This document shows, piece after piece, positions 54,805 through 63,960 of a DNA stretch of 64,000 bases. Source of the DNA: an uncultured Ktedonobacterales bacterium (GTDB lineage Bacteria; Chloroflexota; Ktedonobacteria; Ktedonobacterales; DATBGS01); contig CAZFWN010000008.1 of the NCBI GenBank assembly GCA_964522745.1, positions 5,203-69,202 of the forward strand, read 5' to 3'. Positions within the stretch are counted from its first letter, which is position 1; every line of letters starts with the position of its first letter. The position numbers and the translations under genes are program-made. A model generated the notes under the pieces. The model was not told where the DNA came from and did no database searches. It saw only the letters and a program-made list of their open reading frames with translations.

Positions 54805-56988
54805 TTAGGGGATGTCCAGGAATGGGCTGAGCTTGCCCGATGCGCTGATCCAGAGCAGTTCGCGGGCGCGGGTCATGGCGACATAGAGCAGCCGGCGCTC
54901 GCGCTCCATATGCTCGGCGCGTGCGGCCTCATCATCGTCGCCCTTGTAGGGCTGCGGCAGCGTCTCAGCAGAGCAGCCGACGATGAAGACGGCGCGAAAC
55001 TCCAACCCCTTGACCCGGTGCATGGTCGCTATCTGGATTCCCGCGCCACGCGCAGTTTTTCCCTCCAGGCGGGTATGCGCCAGCCCCTCCCCCTCCAGCA
55101 GACTGGCGTAGCGCGTGAGGATAGGGCCAGTGCGCGCGACCAGGACGATCTCTTCAGGCGCCATTCCAGAAGCCAGGATGCCGCGTATCCTTGTGACCAC
55201 TTCATCCTCTTCTTCGGCCTGACGGGCATAGATGCGCACGCGCGGCGTTGGCCCGCGCAGCAGCGAGATGCTGTCGTTCAAGTCGAGTGGTTCACCCGTC
55301 AGCGCGGTGGCAGAGGTAAGGATGTCAGAGGCGGCGGAGCGAATCTGCTCGGTGGTGCGGTAATTCAGGCGCAGCTTTCTATGTCGGCGCTCGATAGGGA
55401 TATTGAGCAGGCGCATATAGGAGCCACGCGCATAGATTTGCTGGCGCGTATCGCCAAGGAAAAGCAGCGCGTTGGGCTGCTGGCGCTGGTTGGGCTGCTG
55501 GCCGAGCAGCGCCAGCAGGAAGCGCATCTCTGGCGTGCCCATATCCTGCGCTTCATCCACGATCAACGCGCGATAGCGTTGGGGGAGCATAACGCGATGT
55601 GTTTCCAGCAGATGGCGCGCCCGTCGAGTGACCTGCGGCCACTCCTCGCGTCTGGCAGCAGCAAGCGATTGGGCATAGGCTTCCAGCACCCTCCAGACGG
55701 CGGCACGTTGCTTGCGGTTCAGACCTCGGCCCCGGCCTGAGCGATCCACCTGCAAATAGGCTTCTTCGGTCAATGCCTCGCGCTCCTGGACGACCTCCAG
55801 CCACTCGCTCTGGTAGAAAGAAACTGGCAAGCCAAGCGTATCGTGGCGCCTGACAGCATCAGCCATGAACTGATGGGCCTCTTGCTCGCTAGGGATGTCA
55901 AAGGGTTCGTGTGCCTGCTGGCGCACCCTGTTGACCAGCGAATGCACATGCTTCACCTCAATACGCTTGCGCGTGGTTGGGTCATCGGCGCAGAGGCTAT
56001 CCATCAGGGTCGAGAGGTTATCGGCCAGGTTGGAGGTAAAGGTGGTGAGCAAGACGCGCTCTTGCGGCGCGGTGAAGACCTGAGAGGCCAGATGGCGGGC
56101 GCGATGCAGCCCTACGACGGTCTTGCCGGTGCCCGCGCCGCCGCTGACCAGCGCTGGGCCATCGAAATTGGCCTGCACGATGCTGCGCTGCTCCGGGTGG
56201 AGAAAGACACGCCAGAGTTCGAGAGGATATTTTAATGCCTGCTTTAAGTCTTCTTCGCTGGCGATGGCGACAAACTGGCGGGCGCTGCCTGGACGGCGCA
56301 ACGCTATCTCCAATGTGTCGGAGACAGTGTCAGCGGTGGGGGCTGGTTCGGGTTCTGGCAACGCGGGCTGGCTGACCGGCACGGCGCGTGGCTCGCCCGT
56401 CCAGAGATCCAGTATCAGATCAGCGATGTGAGATGGGAGGCTATCGAGCAAGCGCTGCACATCCATATCGGTCCGGCAGGCGCGCAGCCTGGGCAGCAGG
56501 TGCTCATCAACGCCTGCCTGCATTAATTGCTGATCGCTGTACAGGTGCAGGTTGCCTTGAGCAGATGGCTCTGCTGAGACGACGGGTGCAGCCTGCCCTG
56601 CCGGTGCTTCGGGTGGCGCGGGTTCCTCTTCGCGCGTGGCATATTCCACCAGCGCCAACCCGGCGGCCTCATCGCCGATTTCCAGCCGGTGCCGCGCAGC
56701 CCAGGCGTAGGCGTCGTCGTGCTTGTCAACCCAGAGCAAGACGGAGGTGCCGTTGCTATCGGGGCGCGCTACGATCAGACGATACTGCTCATTCACCCGC
56801 ACCGAGCGCAGGCGCGGGTCGCCCGCTTGTCTGATTGCCTCATAGTTCAGCGACGGATGGGCCGGGTCGCGCATCAGCTTGCTGACGCACTCCCAGACTG
56901 GCCCCTGGGCATTCAGCGGCAGTTTGTGATAGGCGCCAAAGAAGCGCAGTGAGGCGTGCAGCTTTGCCTGGCTTTGTTTGGACGGCAT
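54805..56988 (-). CDS. UvrD/Rep-like superfamily-1 helicase with RelE/ParE-like N-terminal domain
   Basis: Motif I 'GGAGTGKT', motif II 'IVDEAQD', and a C-terminal 'TMHRVKGLEF'. The N-terminal domain reads 'KLMRDPAHPSLNYEAI...RSVRVNEQYRLIVARP...VLLWVDKHDDAYAWA'. ATG at 56988. Confidence 0.85.
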   Translation of the reverse strand: MPSKQSQAKLHASLRFFGAYHKLPLNAQGPVWECVSKLMRDPAHPSLNYEAIRQAGDPRLRSVRVNEQYRLIVARPDSNGTSVLLWVDKHDDAYAWAARHRLEIGDEAAGLALVEYATREEEPAPPEAPAGQAAPVVSAEPSAQGNLHLYSDQQLMQAGVDEHLLPRLRACRTDMDVQRLLDSLPSHIADLILDLWTGEPRAVPVSQPALPEPEPAPTADTVSDTLEIALRRPGSARQFVAIASEEDLKQALKYPLELWRVFLHPEQRSIVQANFDGPALVSGGAGTGKTVVGLHRARHLASQVFTAPQERVLLTTFTSNLADNLSTLMDSLCADDPTTRKRIEVKHVHSLVNRVRQQAHEPFDIPSEQEAHQFMADAVRRHDTLGLPVSFYQSEWLEVVQEREALTEEAYLQVDRSGRGRGLNRKQRAAVWRVLEAYAQSLAAARREEWPQVTRRARHLLETHRVMLPQRYRALIVDEAQDMGTPEMRFLLALLGQQPNQRQQPNALLFLGDTRQQIYARGSYMRLLNIPIERRHRKLRLNYRTTEQIRSAASDILTSATALTGEPLDLNDSISLLRGPTPRVRIYARQAEEEDEVVTRIRGILASGMAPEEIVLVARTGPILTRYASLLEGEGLAHTRLEGKTARGAGIQIATMHRVKGLEFRAVFIVGCSAETLPQPYKGDDDEAARAEHMERERRLLYVAMTRARELLWISASGKLSPFLDIP

Positions 56989-57105
56989 GGGATGAATCCC
57001 TTCTCCAACGGCTGTGCGGAAAGGGAAAACCATCCTACCGCTTACAGCCACCTCTGCATATCAAAAAGTGGCTGTAGTATAGCAAACTCATCGCACTGGG
57101 ACAAG

Positions 57106-57156
57106 AGAGACATTCCACCCGATAAGAGTGCCACTCTTATCGGGTGGAATGTCTCT
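57106..57156. repeat. 51-nt near-perfect palindrome (25-bp arms around one central base); probable hairpin terminator/insulator
   Basis: AGAGACATTCCACCCGATAAGAGTG-C-CACTCTTATCGGGTGGAATGTCTCT lies 21 nt downstream of the small membrane ORF stop. No clear U-tract is present. Confidence 0.8.
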
Positions 57157-57176
57157 GGAACTGGCGAGGGCGCCTG

Positions 57177-57410
57177 TTAGCGGGTCATTTGTTGGATTTG
57201 CTGCTGGAAACGCATGCTTTCTTCAATCTCATAGCGTGACCCACGTTTGGCCGGTAGGATGGCCCCAACGAGCCACAGGATGGGGAAGAAGATGCCAAGG
57301 ATGCCCAGCACGAAATAGCCTTTCTTGAATGTGAGCATACAGACAGTAACGAGGCACATGACATAAACGACGAAGAGGATGCAGGCAAGAACCCAGTCAA
57401 GGACTGACAT
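57177..57410 (-). CDS. Small (77-aa) two-helix membrane protein
   Basis: 'MSVLDWVLACILFVVYVMCLVTVCMLTF...VLGILGIFFPILWLVGAIL'. GGAGG lies 6 nt upstream, and the ORF overlaps the AKR 3' end by 14 nt. Confidence 0.5.
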   Translation of the reverse strand: MSVLDWVLACILFVVYVMCLVTVCMLTFKKGYFVLGILGIFFPILWLVGAILPAKRGSRYEIEESMRFQQQIQQMTR

Positions 57411-58449
57411 GCTCCACCTCCGAAACACTATAGAAACTCGTCCGAATAAAGTGGCGGAACTCGTTTTGCCACAATTGCCTAATCCTTTGCAGCGTCGGCT
57501 CTGGAAGCGGCCCCTGTTGCCAGGCACGCAAATTGGCTTCTGCCTCCTGGGGGCTGCGCGCTCCAGGAATGACCGAGGAAACGGTTGGGTCACTGAAGCA
57601 GAAGCGAATGGCTGCTGCGGGCATCGAGCCACCACCCTCCTGCTCTAAGAAGCGTAGTTGGTCAATGTAGTGGAGTGTCCGCTCCAGCGTCTTGCCGGTG
57701 AAGACATCATGGCGCCAATCATCTGCTGGAAACGTTGTCTGAGGGGTCCAGTTGCCCACCAAGGCCCCTGAGGCCAGGGGAACCCGCGCGACAATGCCTA
57801 CGTTGTGCTGGCGCGCTACGGGAAAGACCTCCGCAGCCGCGCGCTGATCCAGGATGTTATAGATCAACTGCACCACATCAACCCGGCCCGCCTGCATGCT
57901 GCCATTGGCCTCGGCAGGTCGCGCATCGCTGACTGAAATCCCAATGGCTTTGATCTTGCCTTGCTCGCGCAGCTTGAGCATGGCCTCGTACCATTCTGTC
58001 TCCTCATTCCAGCTTGGGCACCAGGTATGGAGAGAATACACGTCCAAGCAATCTATCTGGAGGTTGCGCAGACTGATCTCGCAGCGATCAATGAGATACT
58101 GCGCGGGAAACTTGTCGCGCATCTTTGTCACACCGGGCGTGGTCTCCCAGAGCATATCTTGAGGTGGAACCTTGGTTCCCACCGGGACATGCTCGCCGCG
58201 CTCACGGAGAGCCTGCCCCACTAGCTGCTCGCTGCGTCCATCGCCATACTCCTGGGCTGTATCAATAAACTGGCACCCCAGGTCCAGCGCGCGGTGAAGC
58301 GTGCGGAGTGATTCCTGGTCATCTTGCGGCCCCCACTTGGCTCCCATTGCCCAGGTGCCCTGACCAACGGCTGAAACCTGGATGCCCGTAGACCCCAGGG
58401 GGCGCATCTGCCCAAGGCTGCCAGGCGCTTTCATGGTTGATCCACTCAT
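57397..58449 (-). CDS. Aldo/keto reductase
   Basis: 'GQGTWAMG...DTAQEYGDGRSE...IGISV' is the AKR pattern. The ATG at 58449 has AAGGAG upstream, so the track extension to 58665 is rejected. Confidence 0.85.
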   Translation of the reverse strand: MSGSTMKAPGSLGQMRPLGSTGIQVSAVGQGTWAMGAKWGPQDDQESLRTLHRALDLGCQFIDTAQEYGDGRSEQLVGQALRERGEHVPVGTKVPPQDMLWETTPGVTKMRDKFPAQYLIDRCEISLRNLQIDCLDVYSLHTWCPSWNEETEWYEAMLKLREQGKIKAIGISVSDARPAEANGSMQAGRVDVVQLIYNILDQRAAAEVFPVARQHNVGIVARVPLASGALVGNWTPQTTFPADDWRHDVFTGKTLERTLHYIDQLRFLEQEGGGSMPAAAIRFCFSDPTVSSVIPGARSPQEAEANLRAWQQGPLPEPTLQRIRQLWQNEFRHFIRTSFYSVSEVEHVSP

Positions 58450-58680
58450 AGTGGTTGCTCCTTTGTGTTGTGTTCCCGCTCGAAAACCTCTTCTCCCAAA
58501 ATGTACTGCTATCGCTGGCGTTGAGTCTGTAGGCCTGGCTACAGGGCTTGCATTTTTTATAGGGAAAGAGACCACTGCTCTCCATCGCGCTTGTATGCTT
58601 CTCCGGCATAGCTTTTGCGGTGGAGGGCGAGCGGCGATACCCAGGGAGTGTAAGCAGCCGCTCACTGGAGCAACTGAAGG

Positions 58681-60828
58681 ATGCCTATGCTAGCACCCTA
58701 TGGAGAACACGCTATGGTAGAAAAAGAACCGCATGTGACGCCAGCTATACGCCTGCCTCAGCTTCAGGCAGCAGAGCGTCTGAAGCTGACTCGCCTACCG
58801 GAGCCAGCGGTTGAAGCAACAGAAGCGGTGTTGGGCGAGTTTGTTCCTCAGATGGATGAGGATTTGGAGGATGAGGAAGGCACAGACCGGCCACTCCGCA
58901 GCCAGGTTTCCGGCGATCAGCCGAGCCTTTCTAGAGACACAACCGGCCTTCGCCGTGCAGTGTCGGGACTCTTGCAGCGGGCGCTGCTGAATTTTGCCGA
59001 GCAGGAACGCCAGCGTGCCAGGCTGCTGGTGATCTTGTTGCTTGCCCAGGCGGCAGGGCTGCTGCTGATCTTGCCGGGCTATCTCTTGGGACATTTCCAA
59101 TTGAGCGGCGTGCTGGTGGTGCTGGGTGGGCTGATCTTGTGCGGGTTAGCCTGGTTGTTGCAGTGGCTGAGCAAGACTGATGAGGCATGCTATCTCTTGG
59201 TGCTGGGCGGTGGTGGGATTGTCGTGCTGGACCTGCTGCTCAGCGCTGCCCGTCTGCTCTCGCTTGAAACGTTGCACATTGGCTTGCTCTTTTTGTTAGT
59301 GATTCTTTCCAGCGGCATTCTCTTCTCCCCCGAAACGGCGATCATCCTGGCTATCATCTCCGCACTTTTCACAACGCTGGTGCTGCTGGTTTTTCATCCC
59401 TCTGCGCAGTTGCTGCCGCTGTTCGATGGGCAGGCGCACTATCTGTCAATCATCTATCTGGTGATCGCACAGCTTGGGGTGGGGCTGGTTGCCTGGTTCT
59501 TTGGGCGCCAGATGCAGGAGAGCATCCATCTCATCACCTATGTGGCCGGGCTGGAGATGACAAATAAACGGTTGCATAAGCGTCTGCGCCAGACTGCTGA
59601 GAAGAAACGCAATCTGGAAGGTGGGCTGGCGATCATTCAGCAAACGCACGCACGCGTGGCTGCCGGTGATTATGCAGCACGGGCGCATGTGGAGGGCGAT
59701 CTGCTGCCGCTGGCGGTGAGCCTGAACTTGATGCTGGAGCGGGTCGAGAGCTTTGTGCATAGCGAGCATGAGCGCGAGCGAATGGAGACGGCAGTGGCCG
59801 GCCTGGCGGAGATGGCCGGCAAGGTCGGCCAGGAGAGCATGGGCCAGTTACCTGTCCCTACCGGGACGGCGCTGGATGGGCTATCCATCGCTATTAAGCA
59901 GATGCAAACAAACGTCAATCAGCGGCTGACGCGGGTGCAGCAGGCAGTGACATCATTGATCACAACGGTGAATCGCTGCCAGGATGGTTTGTTGCCGGTG
60001 GCCGAGGTGCTGGAGGAACATCTGCGCAGCATTGACGCGCTGGTTCTCTCCGCTGATAATGTGATGAATAGCGCCCAGCGGCAGGTGGATCTGACCGGAC
60101 ACGCCGAAGAGTTGCTGTGCTGCTCGGCGCCGGCTGGTGTCGATCTCCAGGCCACTGAGGAGGAGGCTGCGCACAAGCAGGGCACCTCGGCCTTGCGTCT
60201 GGCAGCGGAGCTGGATCGGCAGGCGGCTCTGGCTCTTGAGCGTGCCGCAGTATCTCCCAGTGAACAACAGCCGATGCCCGTCTCTGATGAGCCACCTGCC
60301 GCTTCAGTGCCGCCGGTCCAGGATGAGTCTGCCGATCCAGAAATGATTGCTGAGCAAGAAGCGCCCCTGGACGAGCAGGCCGTGTCTGAGCAAGAGGGAG
60401 ATGATGCTTCATCACCGACTGATGGATCGGTTGAAGCCGCCAATGGCGAGGAAAGCGTAGAGGAGGTAGCTGAGGCTCAGAAGATCACGCTGGCCGATGT
60501 AGACCGCGAGGCGGCTGAGGAGGCGCCAGCGCTGGTGGCTGGTTGGAACCTTGAACATCTGGAAGAACTGGCGCGGGTACTCTCCACTATGGCTGGTGAA
60601 GCAACGCTGCAAGAGCGCAATGCGCGCACAATGGACTATAAGCTGCGCGCCTTGCTGCAAGGACTGCCCGATACACGTGGAGTCGATATGATGGCGGCGT
60701 GGCTGCGGGCGGTGCTGGAGGCGGTGACTCAGTCGGCTCATCAGGTGCGACAGGCGAGCAAGGCGTTGCAGGTGAGCGCACTGGCGAGTACCAGGCTGGA
60801 GGATACGCCATTACGCGAGCAAGAGTAG
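58681..60828 (+). CDS. Hypothetical polytopic membrane protein with HAMP-like linker, coiled-coil and acidic low-complexity region
   Basis: Multiple hydrophobic helices (residues ~110-270), HAMP-like 'AAGDYAARAHVEGDLLPLAVSLNLMLERV', and no recognisable output domain. The start is uncertain. Confidence 0.6.
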   Translation: MPMLAPYGEHAMVEKEPHVTPAIRLPQLQAAERLKLTRLPEPAVEATEAVLGEFVPQMDEDLEDEEGTDRPLRSQVSGDQPSLSRDTTGLRRAVSGLLQRALLNFAEQERQRARLLVILLLAQAAGLLLILPGYLLGHFQLSGVLVVLGGLILCGLAWLLQWLSKTDEACYLLVLGGGGIVVLDLLLSAARLLSLETLHIGLLFLLVILSSGILFSPETAIILAIISALFTTLVLLVFHPSAQLLPLFDGQAHYLSIIYLVIAQLGVGLVAWFFGRQMQESIHLITYVAGLEMTNKRLHKRLRQTAEKKRNLEGGLAIIQQTHARVAAGDYAARAHVEGDLLPLAVSLNLMLERVESFVHSEHERERMETAVAGLAEMAGKVGQESMGQLPVPTGTALDGLSIAIKQMQTNVNQRLTRVQQAVTSLITTVNRCQDGLLPVAEVLEEHLRSIDALVLSADNVMNSAQRQVDLTGHAEELLCCSAPAGVDLQATEEEAAHKQGTSALRLAAELDRQAALALERAAVSPSEQQPMPVSDEPPAASVPPVQDESADPEMIAEQEAPLDEQAVSEQEGDDASSPTDGSVEAANGEESVEEVAEAQKITLADVDREAAEEAPALVAGWNLEHLEELARVLSTMAGEATLQERNARTMDYKLRALLQGLPDTRGVDMMAAWLRAVLEAVTQSAHQVRQASKALQVSALASTRLEDTPLREQE

Positions 60829-60837
60829 CGTCTTTGT

Positions 60838-61761
60838 TTAGGGATGATGGCGAGCGCGAACGGCCTGGGCAGCGTCGGCCAGTTCAGAGAGTATCTCCTG
60901 GGCCTGTTCGTGGCTGTGCTGACGCAAACCGCAATCTGGTGAGAACCAGAGCCGCTCTGCTCCCCACTGCTCGATAGCGCGCTCCATTCGCTGCTCGATC
61001 TGCTGGCGGGAATCAGGCTGGGCAGCGCTGGTATCGACGCACCCATAGATGAGGTGCATGCCGGCGCTCTCCAGGTCTTCGGCATCGAAGGCGCCCAGGG
61101 TATCAACCTGGGCGCCAGCCACGTTGAGCGCTGAGACCGGCATGCTCAAGAGTTCATAGGCGATGGGGCGCACATCGCCGCAGCTATGCAGAATAGAATA
61201 GGGAACCATTGCTACAACCTCGCGCAACGCCTGCTCTGCGAGAGTCAGATCAAAGCCGTTTTGTGCAACTTTTGGCAGCAGTGGCTCATCGATCTGCACT
61301 ACTTCTGCGCCGGCGGCCACCAGCGCGGCGGCTTCGCGGGCAAGGATGCCCGCCAGTCGCAGGATCAGGTGGGGATCGCCATTGCCGCTGTAGGGAGCGC
61401 CGGGAGCGAGCCGGACTGAAAACGCAAGGGTAACCGGCCCGGTCAAGACGCCCTTGACCGTTGCGCGGCTTCCGGCGAGCAGCCGGGCCAGCAGATAATC
61501 GCCGGCGGTCAGCGGCTCGTTGGGCAGGTCGGGCGGCGCTTCCAGTTCCCAGCGGCCTTCCCGATCACATCGGAAGCCAGAGATGCCATCAGCAAAGCGG
61601 CTAATCATATCGGCGCGGACCTGCCCATCGCTGATCAGGTCGATGCCGGCGGCGATTTGATCTTCGACGGCCCGACGTACCGCCTGCTTTGGCGGGAGGT
61701 CTCCCGGCGGGTAACTGCCGACAGCCGTTGTGAGGAGAGGAAGAGTGCGCCAGTCTGACAT
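60838..61761 (-). CDS. Cobalamin-independent methionine synthase (MetE C-terminal domain)-like protein
   Basis: 'LLTTAVGSYPP...DLISDGQVR...LHSCGD' follows the MetE-C/URO-D-like pattern. ATG at 61761 with a GGAG RBS. Confidence 0.7.
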   Translation of the reverse strand: MSDWRTLPLLTTAVGSYPPGDLPPKQAVRRAVEDQIAAGIDLISDGQVRADMISRFADGISGFRCDREGRWELEAPPDLPNEPLTAGDYLLARLLAGSRATVKGVLTGPVTLAFSVRLAPGAPYSGNGDPHLILRLAGILAREAAALVAAGAEVVQIDEPLLPKVAQNGFDLTLAEQALREVVAMVPYSILHSCGDVRPIAYELLSMPVSALNVAGAQVDTLGAFDAEDLESAGMHLIYGCVDTSAAQPDSRQQIEQRMERAIEQWGAERLWFSPDCGLRQHSHEQAQEILSELADAAQAVRARHHP

Positions 61762-61885
61762 GCTACGCTCCGATGTAAGTCGCAAAATCAAACGGTTGCT
61801 TGATTTGACGTGATGCTCATGCTCCGCTATACTTCTCGGATGGGAAGTCTAACACCTTCAGACCACACCTTCAAGGATATATGCT

Positions 61886-62464
61886 ATGGCAACGGATGTT
61901 CTGGCGCCGGCGCGCCGCCGCTACTCGCCCAAAAGGCGCACAGTCTTGCTTAGTATCCTGGCGCTGCTGCTCGTCGGGGCCGGCGGCTTTCTCTGGCTGC
62001 TGTTCCAACCGACGAAGGACAGCGGGCCGTTTGGCGGCATTGGGGTCGGCCAATCGGCGCCAAACTTTACCCTCACTGATAGCACCGGGCATCCGGTGAC
62101 ACTGAGCAGCTTGCGCGGGCACCCGGTCATTATCAATTTTTGGGCCAGCTATTGCGCGCCTTGTCGGGGGGAAACGCCGCTCTTACAGCAGTTGTATAGC
62201 GAGCATCAGGGACAAGGGCTGGTGATTCTGGGCATTAATGAGGGCGAGCCGACAAGCACCATGATGCAGTATATGCAGGATTATCAGATTACGTATCTGG
62301 TGCTTGCTGACCGCACGCTTCAGTTTAACAATAACAACAGCTATGATCCGGTGGCGCTGCCCCGAACGTTTTTTATCGATAAACAGGGGATGGTGCGGGC
62401 GGTCTTCAACGGCCAGTTGAGTCCGCAGGGATTGCAGGCTGATTATCAACGCATTAGCGGCTGA
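61886..62464 (+). CDS. TlpA/ResA-family thiol:disulfide oxidoreductase, membrane-anchored
   Basis: N-terminal TM helix and the redox motif 'WASYCAPC'. Confidence 0.85.
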   Translation: MATDVLAPARRRYSPKRRTVLLSILALLLVGAGGFLWLLFQPTKDSGPFGGIGVGQSAPNFTLTDSTGHPVTLSSLRGHPVIINFWASYCAPCRGETPLLQQLYSEHQGQGLVILGINEGEPTSTMMQYMQDYQITYLVLADRTLQFNNNNSYDPVALPRTFFIDKQGMVRAVFNGQLSPQGLQADYQRISG

Positions 62465-62522
62465 TGGAGTCATGGGGCACACGGGCGAGGCTGTCTAAGT
62501 TGTCTGACTTTCGCCAGTGTCT

Positions 62523-63257
62523 TTACCAGCGGCGTCGCAGCACCCGCGCGATGACAAAACCGCAGATACTCAGCAGCAGCAGCAAGACCCCCAGGCCGGT
62601 GACGGAGACCAGGGGCGATGAGGTGGTGTCTGGCGAACCAACTGATGGCCCGCTGGTGGGCGTGTTCTGGACGGGCGTTGCGGGCAGCGTCGGGTGTACC
62701 TCGACGGGTGTGTCTTGGGTTGGCATGGTATTCGATGTTGGGTGCGAGAGTGGTGGGGTGGGAGCAGGTGTTTGCCTGGCAGTGCCGCCTGCTGCTGATT
62801 GATTGCTGACTGGCGCGGCGCTGGTTGCATATCCTCCGTGCGGAGCGAAGGTTGCGACGGCGCTGGAGAGCAGGATCACCAGGCCCAGCACGGCAGCAAT
62901 GGCGCTGAGCCATTGGATGACCTGCGCGGGGCGCCGCCGGCGCGGGGCGCTGGAGCGTGGCAGAGGCGTTGGCCGATGTGCTGGGGCAGGGGTTGGCTGG
63001 CGCGCCTGCCGGGCTTGCGCCGGTGTGTTCTGTGTGGACCCCTCCAACGACACGGTGAAGCTGCGCGGGAGGGCTGGCTGGGGCAGCGCGTGCAGTAAGG
63101 ATTTGTTCCGCCGCAGGCTTGCCAGTTCTGCCTGGCACGCGCGGCACTGCTGCACGTGCGCTTCCAGGGCGGCGCGCTCCTGTTCGTTTAGCTGCTGATC
63201 CAGCAGCGCCGAAAGCTGCTCGCGCTGCTGCTCCCACTGATGCTCGCGGTGTTCCAC
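62523..63257 (-). CDS. Anti-sigma factor (zf-HC2) with C-terminal TM helix and Pro/Thr-rich linker
   Basis: 'HVQQCRACQAELASL' is an HxxxCxxC motif. The GTG at 63257 has GGAGAG 6 nt upstream. The track start at 63416 overlaps the sigma gene. Confidence 0.75.
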   Translation of the reverse strand: MEHREHQWEQQREQLSALLDQQLNEQERAALEAHVQQCRACQAELASLRRNKSLLHALPQPALPRSFTVSLEGSTQNTPAQARQARQPTPAPAHRPTPLPRSSAPRRRRPAQVIQWLSAIAAVLGLVILLSSAVATFAPHGGYATSAAPVSNQSAAGGTARQTPAPTPPLSHPTSNTMPTQDTPVEVHPTLPATPVQNTPTSGPSVGSPDTTSSPLVSVTGLGVLLLLLSICGFVIARVLRRRW

Positions 63258-63291
63258 CGATGTCTCTCCAACTCTCTCCAGCAAGGGTGCC

Positions 63292-63960
63292 TTAGTCGAT
63301 TCCTCGGCCCTTCTCTTCTTTTTGACGGTAGCTGCGGGGTAAAAGTTCCGCGTGCTGTTGCAGGTAATCTCGAAGCGCGGCGCGGCCTCGCGCAATGCGC
63401 GATTTGACGGTGCCAAGGGTGGTATCAGTCGTGAGCGCGATCTCTTCGTAGGAGAGACCTTGAATATCGCTCAAGATCACCGCCAGGCGTTGTTCCAGCG
63501 GCAGGCGCTCCAGGGCGACTTGAAGCAATTCTTGCAGCTCAACACGCAAGGCGACGGTTTCGGGGTTCCAGCGTTCGTCGTCGGCGAATTGCTGCGCCAG
63601 CCCCTCGCCGTCACCATCCGGCTGGCTGGTCAGGGCTTCGAGCGATTCGGAGGGGCGGCGCTGCTTGCGACGCCAATAGTCGCAGCAAGCGTTGCTGGCG
63701 ATGCGCAGCAGCCAGGAGCGAAATGAGCCGCCGCGAAAACTCTCGATGGCGCGAAAGGCTGCCAGGAGCGATTCCTGGGTAATATCGGCGGCGGTTTCTG
63801 GGTCGCCCCCAAGCATGCGATACGATAAGGTATAGATTGCCTGCTGATGCAAGAGGATTAACTGATTAAAGGCGGCAACATCCCCGCGCCGGCTGCGCGC
63901 AATCAAGAGCGCCTCTTCGTCTTGAGCGGCTTCTGCGCGCTGCGAATGGAGATGCTCCAT
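63292..63960 (-). CDS. ECF-type RNA polymerase sigma-70 family factor
   Basis: Region 2 'AFNQLILLHQQAIYTLSYRMLG...DITQESLL' and region 4 'LSYEEIALTTDTTLGTVKSRIARGR'. The ATG at 63960 has GGAGG 5 nt upstream. Confidence 0.9.
   Translation of the reverse strand: MEHLHSQRAEAAQDEEALLIARSRRGDVAAFNQLILLHQQAIYTLSYRMLGGDPETAADITQESLLAAFRAIESFRGGSFRSWLLRIASNACCDYWRRKQRRPSESLEALTSQPDGDGEGLAQQFADDERWNPETVALRVELQELLQVALERLPLEQRLAVILSDIQGLSYEEIALTTDTTLGTVKSRIARGRAALRDYLQQHAELLPRSYRQKEEKGRGID

Noticed and set aside
61762-61885. A SAM or cobalamin riboswitch upstream of the MetE-like gene, and likewise upstream of the thrC-like gene at 2303-2438.
   Set aside because: The spacers (about 120-135 nt, shared with divergent genes) are too short and lack the conserved riboswitch cores.
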